From: the human T2T-CHM13v2.0 reference genome, Homo sapiens
Length of the DNA: 64,000 nt
Assembly: GCF_009914755.1 (NCBI RefSeq)
Contig: NC_060946.1
Direction: 5' to 3' (one strand)
The notes beneath the pieces were generated by a model that searched no databases, had not been told where the DNA came from, and saw nothing but the letters and a program-made list of their open reading frames with translations. A program made the translations under genes and the position numbers. Each line of letters begins with the position of its first letter. The stretch's first letter is position 1. Positions 41,290-54,660 of the stretch are shown here, in pieces.

Positions 41290-41960
41290 TAGAGACACCT
41301 GAGTCCAAATGCTAGCTCTGCCACTTATCCTCAGGATGGCAGTGCACGTGATCTCCCCTCTCTGGGCCTCAGTTTCTTCATCTGCAGAATGAGTAAAGTT
41401 GATGTTATATATTACCTTCCTCACAGAGTGGTTGAGATTTTGAATGATGTAATTTATGTAGCATGCTTAGTGCATGCTTGGCAAAGCATAAATGTCATAT
41501 ATAATAATTAATATTACAAGCCTACCCAGAGAAAGAGAAATTTGCATCTTGATGGCTAAATAAAATAGACTGTGTTTGTATAGCTTTGGGAGAAGAGGGA
41601 TCTAGTTTACTTCTTGAACCATCTGTTTTCATCCCCTTTCCTGCCTTACATTTTTATATGTATATATTTTTCTTTCTGTCTTTTAGAGAACAGAGCTCTG
41701 TGTGCTCATGGGAGCACACTGGTCAGCAGTCAGAGAACATAGGTTAAAAATAATAATAGTTCTCATTTATTGAGAACTTACAATGTGCCAGGCTTCCGGT
41801 TGCCCATTTGATATTACAACTATTTGATTTACAATAGCCCTTAAAGTTAAATGCTCTTGTTATCCCATTTTGCAGGAGAGAAAACTGAGGCTCAGAGAGG
41901 TTGTATAAGTCATCCAAGGTCACACAGGGCTGGTAAGGGGCAGAGGCGGGACCTCAGTCA
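41290..41960. mobile_element. MIR relics (+ at ~41290-41515, - at ~41750-41960)
   Basis: cctcagtttcttcatctgc; ggagagaaaactgaggctcagagagg...ccaaggtcacacag. Confidence 0.82.
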
Positions 41961-43310
41961 CTGGTGGACTTTATTGTCGAGGATGGGGATGGGAAGGAGA
42001 GCACCTGTGCCGCTGACCTTGGTCCTGAAACATCGGTGGGCACTGGGGCTGAGCTGCTCTTTGGAATGCTGGTTCTCCAATGATGATACCCATCCTGCCT
42101 CCCCCAGAAATCTGAAAAGTGAGAGAAGATAAAGTAGGGAAAGGGCATGGAAGGTGAGATGCAGAGAGACAGTGAGAGAGAGGATCAGAGTCTTCTAGAA
42201 GGATCCAGCTCCTGAACGATTGCTCTGGGGGAAAAAGGGGACTTGATTTGATATATGTTTTGAGCAACACTGTTGCTAGGGAAAGTGGTTTTCTTCTCGT
42301 TAGTTGGAAGAGAGACATTCAGTTTTCCCCCTTCTTGCCACACTAGTGGTTGGAAACCTGTTTTCTGTCTCTTGCAAATAGTGTCTCATTATTCCTACCT
42401 TACAGGTTGGTTTTGGGGAATCCAGGAAAGAATATTGGAAAATCCAAGCCTGGTGCTCACGCATGGGGGTGTTGAGCACATGTCCTTTAGCCCTTCTCCT
42501 GGTCTTGTCAGTAGCCCCTGCCTATATTTGCTCAGGCCATGCTGATAATGTGTAGCCAGTCCCTGACCCAGAATGTGGGTTTCCTGGGAAGAATTTCTGC
42601 AGCCCAGCCACCCAAGTTCATTTGCAATGCAGGCATTCCCTGCCATAAAGCTCCAAGCTGCTTGGAAGAGTTAGGCTTCACATTTCCCTACATTCAAAAG
42701 TGCCTGGAGTAAGGATCATGTTCTGATGGCGGCATGTAAATGCCTCTTTCAAGAGAGGAAATTGCTTTGAAGTTACTGTTTCCCTGGCTTTGATAATAAT
42801 CTGCTTAATGTCTTGTGTCAAACTAATTACAGCATAATTACCTTTTTTAATAACAGGTACTTTTAATTGGTGCAGGGTTAAACAATTCTGTTGTAAAAAT
42901 CGGTTGTTTTACATTCATGGCTATAGTTTACAAAGAGCTGGGACAACCTTGTAATATTAAACACTCCATAGAGCTGGGATGGCGCGTAAATGAGGGTACC
43001 ACCATGCCTCCTCTCCATGACATTGAACCCTTTTCTTTGCAATGCTTCATCTTTTCACAGACAGAATTTCTTATGCCAAACACTTGGAAAAGGAGAGGAA
43101 GGATGCTGTTAGGGCCTCATGTGTTCACACACATCATCTTGCTTCATTCTCACATGTCCATGCACAAAAGCATGGGAAAGAGGTATTGCTATCTCCATTG
43201 TGTAGGAAGGTAAATTGAGGGTTAGAGAGGTTAAGCAAACTGACCCAAATCACAATGTCAAATGACTGAATCAGACTTTGAACTCATGCCTCTTTCTTCC
43301 AAGTCCCAAG

Positions 43311-43631
<321 letters not shown>

Positions 43632-43661
43632 TCAAGTCCCGAGTTTTTAAAAGGCTGTATG

Positions 43662-44010
43662 ATTAAGTGGTTAACTAATTGGGAGAGGGGTCTGGAGTCC
43701 AAATATCTGGTTTGATCGCAGGTCTACAAAACAGGGTTGGATCTACAAAACAGCATTAAATCAATGCTATATAATTAAGTGGTTAACTAAGTGGGAGGGG
43801 GTCTGGAGTTCAAAATATCTGGTTTGATCACACATCTACAGCATAATTGCTTTGGACCTAGGGTTGTTTCTTACCCTTTCTGGGCCTCAGTTTCTTTATC
43901 TGTAAAATCGAGAGGTAATAATAGCCTCTACCTCATGGGTTGATCAGATAATATAAAAATAACACCGGGTAAGTGTCTAACATAGTAGGTACTCACACAG
44001 CAGTAACTCC
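43662..44010 (+). mobile_element. MIR with duplicated 5' part
   Basis: attaagtggttaactaa...tctggagt...tctggtttgatc occurs twice, then gggcctcagtttctttatctgtaaaat. Confidence 0.8.
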
Positions 44011-45529
44011 TCCTAACGCATTGATCCAATCCTGTTTTTCTTCTCCCAGATTCTTTCTTTGTAGACCCCTGAGCACCCCATGGATGTATTTTCTCACGTC
44101 TTGGCTGGGAAAGTGCACACACTCATTTCATTACTGCAGCTTTTTGCATTTCATTAAAAAACTTGACAGGCCATTTCATAATAATTTATTAGCAGAGAGT
44201 CAATTTTTATTAATTACAATCATTAATTTATCAGTGTTCCCGTCATCTGAAGTTTGGTCAGAAATGAAAGGCGAGAAGTGCACAGAGAAAAATGGGGGAA
44301 AGTGGAAATCTAGGGGATGAGGATCCAGTGGAGTGGGGGAAGGGATGGAGGGGGCTGTTTGGGCTGGAAGGCTTGATGGAATGGAGCTGCCATCTTGAAT
44401 GCAAAGCACTGGGCAGGGCAGCACCTGGCCCCGGAACCTAGGGGTATGACCATTGAATGATGCTTCCTTCATTCATGCAGGAACAAAGGTGGTTTAGGAG
44501 TGACAAATGGCAGGGGTTCACAGACTTTAGGAGCAAATTCCTCCAAGTTCTGGCTCTGTGTTGCCCTCCAACGTCTTCTCCTTCCCCTTTCCCTATTGCT
44601 CACTCTGCCTGCATATGTGTTTTTCTAGTTGACATCTGTCCTTCCATGTTGTAAGCTCCTTGAGAGCAGCAACCTTGTCTTGGTCAATACTTGGTCTCTG
44701 GGGTTTAGCAGAGCACTCAGTGAATACTTGTTGAATTAATGAATAAATAAACTGTCTGCCCACCCCCGTTCATTTTATGGAGTTGGAGGTTGAAGCCCAG
44801 AGAGGACATCTGCCCTACCCACAGTCACACAGCTGACTAGTGGCTGAGTCAGACCCAAGAGTTAAACCTACTGGACCTTTGACGAGTGGCCTTTGCATAC
44901 CTTAATAGTCTCCCCTTTTGTGGCTTGGCTTTTTCTCTGGCCCAGCCTTCGAGGTCTCTCTTATTCATCTAAAAAAGGTGAAATGAAAAGCAAACATTTG
45001 GATCGAGAACATGGGTTCCCCCTCAGGGAAGGTCAGAGTCTGTTTCTTTCTGGGCCCTGGTCTCGTCTCTGGCACCCACATCCTGGCTCAATGTCTGTTC
45101 CTCTCTGGGCAAGGGGCCCTTCAAATGGCCTCACTGCAGAATCACTGGGGGAGCTGAGCTGGGGAAACATTTGAGTGCTGGGGTCCACTCTGGAGCTGTG
45201 ATCCACAGTAACACTGGCACTGCGTGAAGTGTAGCAACCACTGATCTTCCTGCTGACACTACCCAGTCAACTCCATTGCCCACTGCCCTGCATCCCACAT
45301 CTGTGTGGGAGTGCTTCCTCCCATTCTCTCCTCTTTCTGCTCTTAAAGACCAGGATGGAATTGAGTGGAAACATCATCCCTCCACTGTCTCATGTGTCCC
45401 AATCCCAGTTCACTGGAGCAGCAGGACATCTTCTTTGAGAGTTGGAGCCCCAGGGTCACACAGACCTTGGTTTGAATCCTAGTCCATGGGTTACTGTGAA
45501 GACTGAATGTCGGTGCTCATGCCCCAGCC

Positions 45530-46000
45530 AGGAGTAAGGAGGGGTGGTGGTGGGCATTAAAGAGCTGCTTTCAGGAGGTGGTATCAAGGCAGGGGACAGA
45601 TGAGTAGGAATTAGCCGGGGACACTGCTGAGGATGTGGGAAAGACATTCTGGGCAGAGGTGATGCTATACACAGAGACATGTAGGCAAACCCAGCACGGT
45701 GTGTCCCAGGCACCCTGAGCACCTTGGTAATATGCTGAGTGTAAACTTCATGGCAGAGAATGCCGGGGAAGGGTGGCAGGGACCAGATTGTGCAGGATCT
45801 TGCAGGGCATGGTAAGGTGAGTGGCCTTTGTTTTTAAGGCAATAGGGGGCCATGGGAGGGTTTGGAGCAGGGGAGTGGCAAGACCAGATTTGAATTTTAG
45901 AATTCAAATGTGTCAGGGGGATTTGGGGAGGAAGTGTGGAAACAACCAGTGAAGAAGCTACAACAGTCATTGCGGGTTGCGAGATGATGTTGGCCTGTCC
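45530..46000 (-). mobile_element. L2 fragment
   Basis: gccatgggagggtttggagcagggg...gaccagatttgaatttt. Confidence 0.75.
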
Positions 46001-47676
46001 AGATTTGTGAGGACATGGGAAGTGACTGTGGGGGATGGGGAGAAGTTGGATTCAAGAAGAATGAAGAATTCTTTGCTGAGATTCTTCCCCACCTCTATCC
46101 CATCCTTAAAAGTCAAACCTCAAGTACAGCCCCTTGCATGAAGATGTCATGGGCCATCTACCTTCCTGAACTGGAAGGATTCTCCCCTCTGACTTCTGAA
46201 GCCATCAGATATGGCATCATGAGATCATGAAGTTTCTGGGTCTGGTCTTTTTGGGGAAGAGTCTGTGCCCACTATCTTCTGTTTCCCATCATTTAGTTTG
46301 GGGCTCGGCTCAAATTTGGCATGGGATGAATAACTACTGGATGGAAGAATCAAGTAGTGTTGAAGCCGTTGTCCACACCCTGATGCCAACAGCCCAAGGC
46401 ACAGCAAATATATGAATTATATCATGCCTCATTCCTCAGAAACCTTAGTGGTGGTACCTTTTTTTTTTTGCCTAGAAAGTAAAGCTGAGCCTTATTGACT
46501 ATATTGGTTTTTCTGTCCCTGAACAGCTTAAAAAATATCTTAGGATCTCAGCTCAGTTCATCCACAATTCCCTGAGCCTCAGTTTACTTGTTTGAAATTG
46601 GGGGTATGCACACCAATATTTCCAGGTGGCTATTTTCTGAATCCCCTTAAAACATGAATGTTTCTCTGGATTGAGAGGAAACCCGAAATGAGCAAGCTCC
46701 CATTTCACAAATGATTGTGGCACACTTGGGTTGTGGGATCTACCAGGATTGCAGCAGGAGTGCCCGACAGAGAGGCGTTATGGGGCCAGCCTGTTCTTGG
46801 CCAGAAACATGGCACACGGGAGAGGCTGGGGAGAGAGTGATTCAAGATTAATAACCCGGTTATTGGAGGCACTTTGTTCTGACTTGACAGCCATCATGAG
46901 CCAGGCTGGGGACAGTTGGCCGCTTGCAGATCCAGATCTGTCATGGGGTTTATTGTGGCATAGTGTCTCCTGCCAGCAGCAAGTTTGGCAAAACATTCCT
47001 TGCACGCTTCTCTGGGGCAGGAGCAGTCCAAGAGCTCCACAAGACCCCAGGCTCCCTGTGAGTCCAGGGAAAAGTCAGGGACTCTGAGGAATGGGGTTTG
47101 CAATGTCTGAATCATATTGTGTGCTTGGAGGCTGTGGACAAGCGGTCTTTGTATTGGATCACAGGCTTTGAATTGATTTCCTGGGCTGGGTTCAAATGCT
47201 GAATCTGTAGATTGAAACTCTGGGACCTTGGGCAAGAGGTTTAACTTTACTTAGCACAGTTCCTAGCACTTAGCAAGCTCTGGGCTCATGGCGAAGGGCA
47301 TAAAGAAACACATTCAAAAAGCCCAAGGTCACACAGCAAGTTAAGAACGATCCCAACTTCTAGGCGAAGATTTTTCCCGGAGCACAGCTGTAAATTATAA
47401 GGCTCAGTCCTGAGGGGGATTTATCTTGATAGATTCTGACTTGGGTAGTGATGTCAAGGGAGGAGAAGAGAGAGGAATGAAGGAGGTCCCTTTTATTATT
47501 GATGTCAAGAGTCAGGACAAATTCCGACCCCCCTTCTTTGTTTCTGCTTTAATCTCTTTTTTTTTTTTAAGATAAGAATGCGAAGTGTGATATGCTTGTT
47601 TTTATATCATTCAGCTAATGTTTATTGAGCCCTTTTTATGTGCTAGAAGCTAGGGATAAATTCATGAGTAAGAACA

Positions 47677-47972
47677 GGCCGATTGTGGTGGCTCATGCCT
47701 GTAGTATCAACACTTTGTGAGGCCCAAGAGGGAGGATTGCTTGAGGACAGGGTCAAGACCAGCCTGGGCAACATAGCAAGACCCCACCTCTACAAAAAAA
47801 AATTAGCCAGACTCAGCGGGTGTGCCAGTAGTTCCAGCTACTCAGGAGGCTGAGGTGGGAAGATCGTTTGAGCCCAGGGGTTTGAGACTACAGTGAGCTA
47901 CGATCATGTCACTGCACTTCAACCTGGACAACAGAGTGAGACCCTGTCTCTAAACAACAACAACAACAGCAA
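47677..47972 (+). mobile_element. Alu (AluJ-like) with (CAA)n tail
   Basis: Diverged dimeric Alu. Confidence 0.92.
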
Positions 47973-48322
47973 ACCCAGACATGATCCCTTGCTTTTGAGG
48001 GCTTGGGAGGTTTTACAGAAAATGTGGTCAAATATGCATGCAATGCTAAAACAATCCAGAGCTCTTTCAACTACAAACTCTTATGACCATTTGGAACTAA
48101 TTTTTAGAAAAGTATAGGAAGAATACTACTCTTGAGATATATACGATATTGGCTAAACTGGGAAGTTTGACAGCAAATCTTTTTTAGAAAGAGGATCTAT
48201 CTAGGAAGAAATATTTCTTTTCTAAGGCATCATTTCCACCCCCATCCCCATCACATTCACTTTGAATATGCTGTTTCAGCATGGGAGTTTTTTCTGGAAT
48301 GTCAGTTCTATCGATTTCTAAC

Positions 48323-48378
48323 ATATATATATGGAGATATATATATATATATAGATATATATATATATATATATATAT
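48323..48378. repeat. (TA)n microsatellite
   Basis: Direct reading; at the tail of the antisense L1. Confidence 0.95.
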
Positions 48379-49110
48379 TTAATTGTGTTAAAATACATAT
48401 GAAATGTTCCATCTTAGCCATTTAAAAAATGTACAGTTCAGTAATGTTAAGTGTATTCAAATTGTTCTACAACCAAGTCTAGAAGTTTTTTATGGTGCAA
48501 AACTGAAATTATTTACCCATTAAACAGCTCCCCCTTGGCTCCTTCCCCCAGCCTCTGGCAGCCACCATTCTACTTTCTGTCTCTGTGAATTTAACTACTC
48601 TAGATGTCTCATATAAGTGGAAACATTCAGTATTTGACTTTCTGTGATTGGCTTATTTCACTTAGTATAATATCCTCAAGATTCATCCATGTTGCAGCAT
48701 GAGTCAGAATTTCCTTCTTTTTAGAGGCTGAATAATAATCTACCATATGTATATGCCACATTTTGCTTATCCATTGATCCACTGATGGACACTTGGGTTG
48801 GCTTCACAATGCTCTTGGCTGTTGTGAATAGTGCTGCTTTGAATTTGGGTGTACAAATATCTGTTCAAGCTCCCTTTTTTCCCATTCCCCAGGACATATT
48901 CCCAGATATGAAATATGGAATTTCTGAGTGATATGATCATTATATTTGTAGCTTTTTGAGGAATCACCATACATTTTGCAAAGCAGCTGCACCATTTTAC
49001 ATTCCCACCAACAGTGCACAAGGGTTCCAATTTCTCCACCCCCTTTCCCACACTTGTTACTTTCTCTTTTTCTTACATTTTTATACTAGCCATCCTAATG
49101 CTTGTGAGAC
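48379..49110 (-). mobile_element. L1MB-type 3' fragment
   Basis: ccaccattctactttctgtctctgtgaattt...ttggcttatttcacttag...cattcccaccaacagtgcacaagggttccaatttctcc. Confidence 0.9.
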
Positions 49111-49764
49111 AAGCACCTCTTTTTTATAGTAGGTGAGTTCACAGCATGCTTTGTGCTTCAGAACAACAGGTGAACATCCTTTCCTTGACCACATGTTGTT
49201 GCCGTCTGCTAGGGGTTGGGTGCACAGTGGTGCACCAGATGTGGTCCCCACCCTGGCGACACAGGCTTGGATCTGGCCTGAGACAGACGGTTGTGCTCAG
49301 TTCCAAATGATGCTGAAGGTGTCTATAGGGAAAGAGCAAGACGGGAGCTACTTGAACAGGCCTTAACAGATGGAGTGGTTTCACTCCATTGCCTTTGGCA
49401 TGGGAAAACCTGGGTTCAAGTCCCAACTCAGCCACCTTTGAGCTTGGTGAGCTTGAACAAGGATTTTGTTTAACTCAGACTCAATTTCCTCATTTGTAAA
49501 CTCTAATAGTGATGCCTATAGTCTTGATTTATTGTGCAGGTTAAATGATTTATATTAAATATAGATTAGATAAAGATATATCCACATATATCTAATTCAA
49601 TCTATATATAATCTATATGTCCCTTAGCATAGTGCCTGGGAACAACCAAAAAAGGATAGTATCTATTTTTTTGGAAGGGGAACTCAGGTGCACAGAGTTG
49701 AGTAGACACCCTCTGCAAAGGTTCTTCTTTTGTTTTAAGTTACTCCCTGTCTTTCATCTTCCAT

Positions 49765-50371
<607 letters not shown>

Positions 50372-50399
50372 TTCATCTTTCCATCCTAATACCTCTCCT

Positions 50400-51545
50400 C
50401 TTCCCACCCTGGCCACCATCCTGGTTTATGTTTCCTCCAGCCCACTGACTGGCCATTGGTATCTATTTTCACTCTGGAAAAGTACATATATATATATATA
50501 TGGTGTGTGTGTGTGTGTATGTGCTTCTGCTAAGTACAGACATGGTTTCCAGTCCTCCTGGCTCTCACTCTACTTGCTCAGCATGGTTTTGAGATCTGCC
50601 TCTGTTGCTGCATTTAGATCTGGCTAGTTTCTTTTGATAGTTACAGAGTATGTTCCTAGTGCGCCTCCCACCATGGATTCCTCGCGGCTGCTCTGATGAA
50701 GGGGGAGTCCAACTTTGTGTCAATAGAACTGGGATGTAACGAACATCCTTGTGCATATCTTCTTGTGGCCCCAGGAAAGGATTTCTTCAAGCTCTGTCAC
50801 CAAAGATGGGATTACTGGCTCTTGGTATCTGTACACTTAATTTCACTGAGTCTAGCCAGACTCAGATCTCAGATGGCTGCATTGTTCACACTCTCTCCAG
50901 CTGTACGTGTGAATTCCTCTTTCACCACATTTTTTTGTCAAGATACGATACTGCCTTTCTCTCTGACTTTTGCTAGTCAAATGGGGAATAATGTGCTACT
51001 TCATGGTGATTTTAAGTTATTGTCACTCACCATTAGTAATTTTGAACAAATCTTTAATATACTTAGTAATTTTCTTTCACTTGCTGTGAATTGTTTACTT
51101 ATATATTTTGTTCACTTCACTACTAGATTTTTAAAGTGTTTTTTGCCGCCAGATTTGTATATCTCTGTGTTTTCTAGATAGCTATTCTTTGCAAATCTCT
51201 TGTTCCACTCTATTAGCCTCGTGCTAGCTTTGTCTCTGGTGTCCATGGGTCAGATCTCTTTAATTTTGACGTAACTACATGTGTCCTTTTACCACTTCCA
51301 TGACCTCTGCTATTTGAATATTTTCAAGAAGTCCTTACTCTTCCCATTCCAGATGACAAAAATATTCTCCTCCATTTTGCTTTCACTTTTCATGTTCGGG
51401 TATTTAATATATCTGGAGTTTATTTTTGTGTGTGGTGTGAGGTTGGAATCCACCTGATTGTTCCACAAAGAGTGATTTAATTTTTCAATACACTTTATTG
51501 AATAATCCATCATTTCTTCACTCTTTGAGATTTGTGATGCTCTAC
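50400..51545 (-). mobile_element. Degraded L1ME-type fragments
   Basis: T-rich antisense L1-like phrases (ctggagtttatttttgtgtgtggtgtgagg; tttattgaataatccatc). Confidence 0.6.
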
Positions 51546-51634
51546 GTATGTATGTATGTATATATGTATCTATCTATCTTCTACCTATTTACCTGTTATC
51601 TATCATTCATCTATCATTTATTTATCTTCTATCA

Positions 51635-51682
<48 letters not shown>

Positions 51683-51690
51683 ATCTATCA
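51546..51690. repeat. Compound (TATG)/(TCTA)n tetranucleotide STR
   Basis: Uninterrupted (TATC)n core at ~51637-51680. Confidence 0.95.
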
Positions 51691-53540
51691 CCATTTTGCT
51701 CCACTTGTCTGTTTTTAAAATACGCTATTAATATGGTTTAAATAAACAACTGCAAAAGCTGAGACTCTCAATGGGCTTATCAGAAATCACGTCTACAAAG
51801 GCACGTTAGAAATTACCTGATCTGATCCCGTTGCATCACACATGGCATGATTAGTCTCAGGGAGAAAAGCTCCCCGGTCAAGGACATCATGTCAGAAATG
51901 GAATTCCTGTCTCCTGACCCCCATCCTCATCAAGCAGCCCTGAATATTTGTTCCATTCCATGGCACCTGAGGTGTTTGGATGGGAGTGAGTGCCTTTTAG
52001 GGGCAAACATATTCCAAGCCTTAATGATAGATTAAATACCAAATACCTTAACATTTGAAAAAAATGACATTTGATTACACCAGGTTGTAAACAGAGAAAA
52101 AATTACAATGGAACCCAGTGTAGATCTTACATGAACGGCACCCATTCGGTGTAATGACTCTGAGAATGTCAGTGCTAACAAGCACATAATTGGCACCGGG
52201 GAGATAATTTTTGCCACCTTATGCAGAGGGGAAACCGTTCTGCATAATGATTTTACTAGGAATATTCTTTATTCAGCAGGCCCATTTGCATAACCCTCCC
52301 AACTTTCTCGAGTTAATACAAAATGCTCTGGAGACATTGCCAAGTCTCTTCCAGAAGACGTCTGCTTCTTGAAATAAGCTTCCATTTTGCGAGCATGTGT
52401 TACGTGCCAGGCTCTGTGTTCCCTACCTCATGTGCAGTATTTACATTTACAGACAAGCATCTCTTTGCTGGACATTTCTTGAGGGCTGAGTTCTTTTCTT
52501 TCCTATTCACCATACTCCCAAAATCTAACACAAAGCCCTGGATGCAGGAGGTGCTCAACATTGTTAAATCAATGTATGAATGAGTATCGTGACTACCCTG
52601 TGAAGTAGAGGCTTTTGCCACATTATTGAAATTGCTTTCTAAGGCCAAATGCTAGGAAATAGCCAACTGGGATTTGAATATAGGTCAGCCTGACTCTCGT
52701 TATATGTATTTTACAAACATCTTCTACCTTTCCTTTAGGGAGCAGAGTGTCTAGTTTCACACTGGCCAGTATACTAACCGCCAGCTACATATGATTTTTT
52801 AAATGTAAATTAATTAAAATCAAATAAAATTTAAAATCAGATCCTCCATCATTAAACCATGTGTGATCTATTGTATTGAACAGCACAGCTCTAAAATATT
52901 CCATCATTAATAGAGAAAAATTCTACTGCAGAGTACTGTGTTTGTATCTACTCTTGAGTAGATACAATCGTGTTTTGGGTCATGACTTAGATATTTGTGT
53001 ATGTAGTGCTGGAACATGCTTGAGCTCTGGAATCACACAGACTTGGTTTCTAATCCTAGCTCAGGACTTGACTTTAGGTACAAAGCTTAGCCTCTCAGAG
53101 CCTGGGTTTCCTTTTCTGCACAATGGGGATAATAACAGGACCTAACTCATAAGGCTGTTGTGAAGATTAAAGGTGGTGATGCACAGAAAGCATTTAGTGA
53201 AGTCTCTGGCTGTGAAGATGAAAGATAATGGTCCTCATCCTACAGTAAGGAAACACATTCAGAGAAGTGATGGGACTTGTCAAGGTTCTCACGCCAGTGA
53301 GCAGGTCCCCTGGGATATGAGCCAGAGTCTGCCTGGTGCCAAAGTGTGGGAGCTTTTGGTAACTGTGGACGCCTGTCTCTTAAAGCCTTTCCTTTGACAA
53401 GACAGGGAAGACTGCAGTGCCCACAACTGCAGGTAATCCAGGGAAGACAGGGAGTGGCTGAAGAGGTGTGTCCATGACAAAGCAGTCCTCCTCACTAACC
53501 AAAGAAGTCACGGTTCTCACAAAAATTTGAAAAGAACATT

Positions 53541-53902
53541 TTATTTTATTTTTATTTATTTAATAAAAGTCCTTTTGTAGCTACCTGCACTAGGCATGGC
53601 TGGGACATTTCTTGAACTCTTCCTTCCCATGGAAGAACGCATGATATGCTGAGGTCTTACCACGATCTCAGCTCACTGCAACTTCCACCTCCCAGGTTCA
53701 AGTGATTCTTCTGCCTCAGCCTCCCAAGTAGCTGGGATTACAGGCACGCGCCACCACACACAGCTAATGATTGTATTTTTAGTAGAGGTGGGGTTTCACC
53801 ACGTTGGCCAGACTGGTCTGGAACTCCTAACCTCAGGTGATCTGCCCACCTCAGCCTCCCAAAGTGCTGTGGGATTACAGGCGTGAGCCATTGTGCCCAG
53901 CC
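53541..53902 (-). mobile_element. Alu (AluS-like) whose 3' end is replaced by a 97-bp foreign insert
   Basis: TSD agaacattttatttta on both sides; T-rich tail, insert at 53566-53662, then cgatctcagctcactgcaac. Confidence 0.93.
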
Positions 53903-54129
53903 AGAACATTTTATTTTAAAAATAAAAATAAAAACTTAGCCAAACCAAAGGCAATCTTTATTCTACATAATAGAAAAGCAGGCCTGGTGAGAGGGAATGA
54001 GTATCTTAGGCTCACCTACCTGCTTAATCTATGAACTAGAGTAAAATCTCATGTCTTTTAACTCTTAGTTCCATTTTTTTTGTCCTGCATTTTAATGATT
54101 TTAAAATAACTAGACTTTTTGATGGTTTT

Positions 54130-54660
54130 ACTTATTGATTAGGGCCCTTTCAGTGACAAATACGAGAAGCCTAAATGAAATTGTCTTCACTTCGACAGGG
54201 AATGTATTGGCTTATGTGAGTGAAATGGGTGACAGCTTCAGGTATGGCTAGCTAGCTCCAGATGCTCAAACCATGTCATCGGGAATATTTGTCTTTCCAC
54301 CTTTGGCTCTGCTTCTCTCTGAGCTGGCTCTGTTCTTGGGGCAAGAATTTCTCTTCACTGTGTTAAGATGGCCATGAGCAGTGGCAACTCTATTGGAATT
54401 ATTTGTCCCTCATTGCCAGCAGAAAAGGAGTCTCTTTTCTGAGAGTTGTGGCAAAAGTCACAGGACTGGCTCTCATTGAATGGCTTGGGCTGAGGACCAA
54501 TCACAGTGATCTGGAGGAATAAGACTTGCCTGTGGTGCCAGGGGCAAGGATTAGTGCAGCAAGGGTCCCGTGGACTGAGGATGAAAGAAGGGTCTCTAAA
54601 GGAATAGAAGCACCCTGTTCCCAGAAGATGGGGAAATAGATGCTGAGTGGCAAACACAAC
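54130..54660. mobile_element. Old MaLR LTR relic (MLT1J/K-like)
   Basis: gggaatgtattggcttatgt...gcttcaggtatggct...tccagatgctcaaac.atgtcatc. Confidence 0.6.

Noticed and set aside
50696-51181. 161-aa hydrophobic ORF resembling a membrane protein
   Set aside because: Lies in T-rich antisense L1M relic sequence, which yields F/L/I-rich translations.
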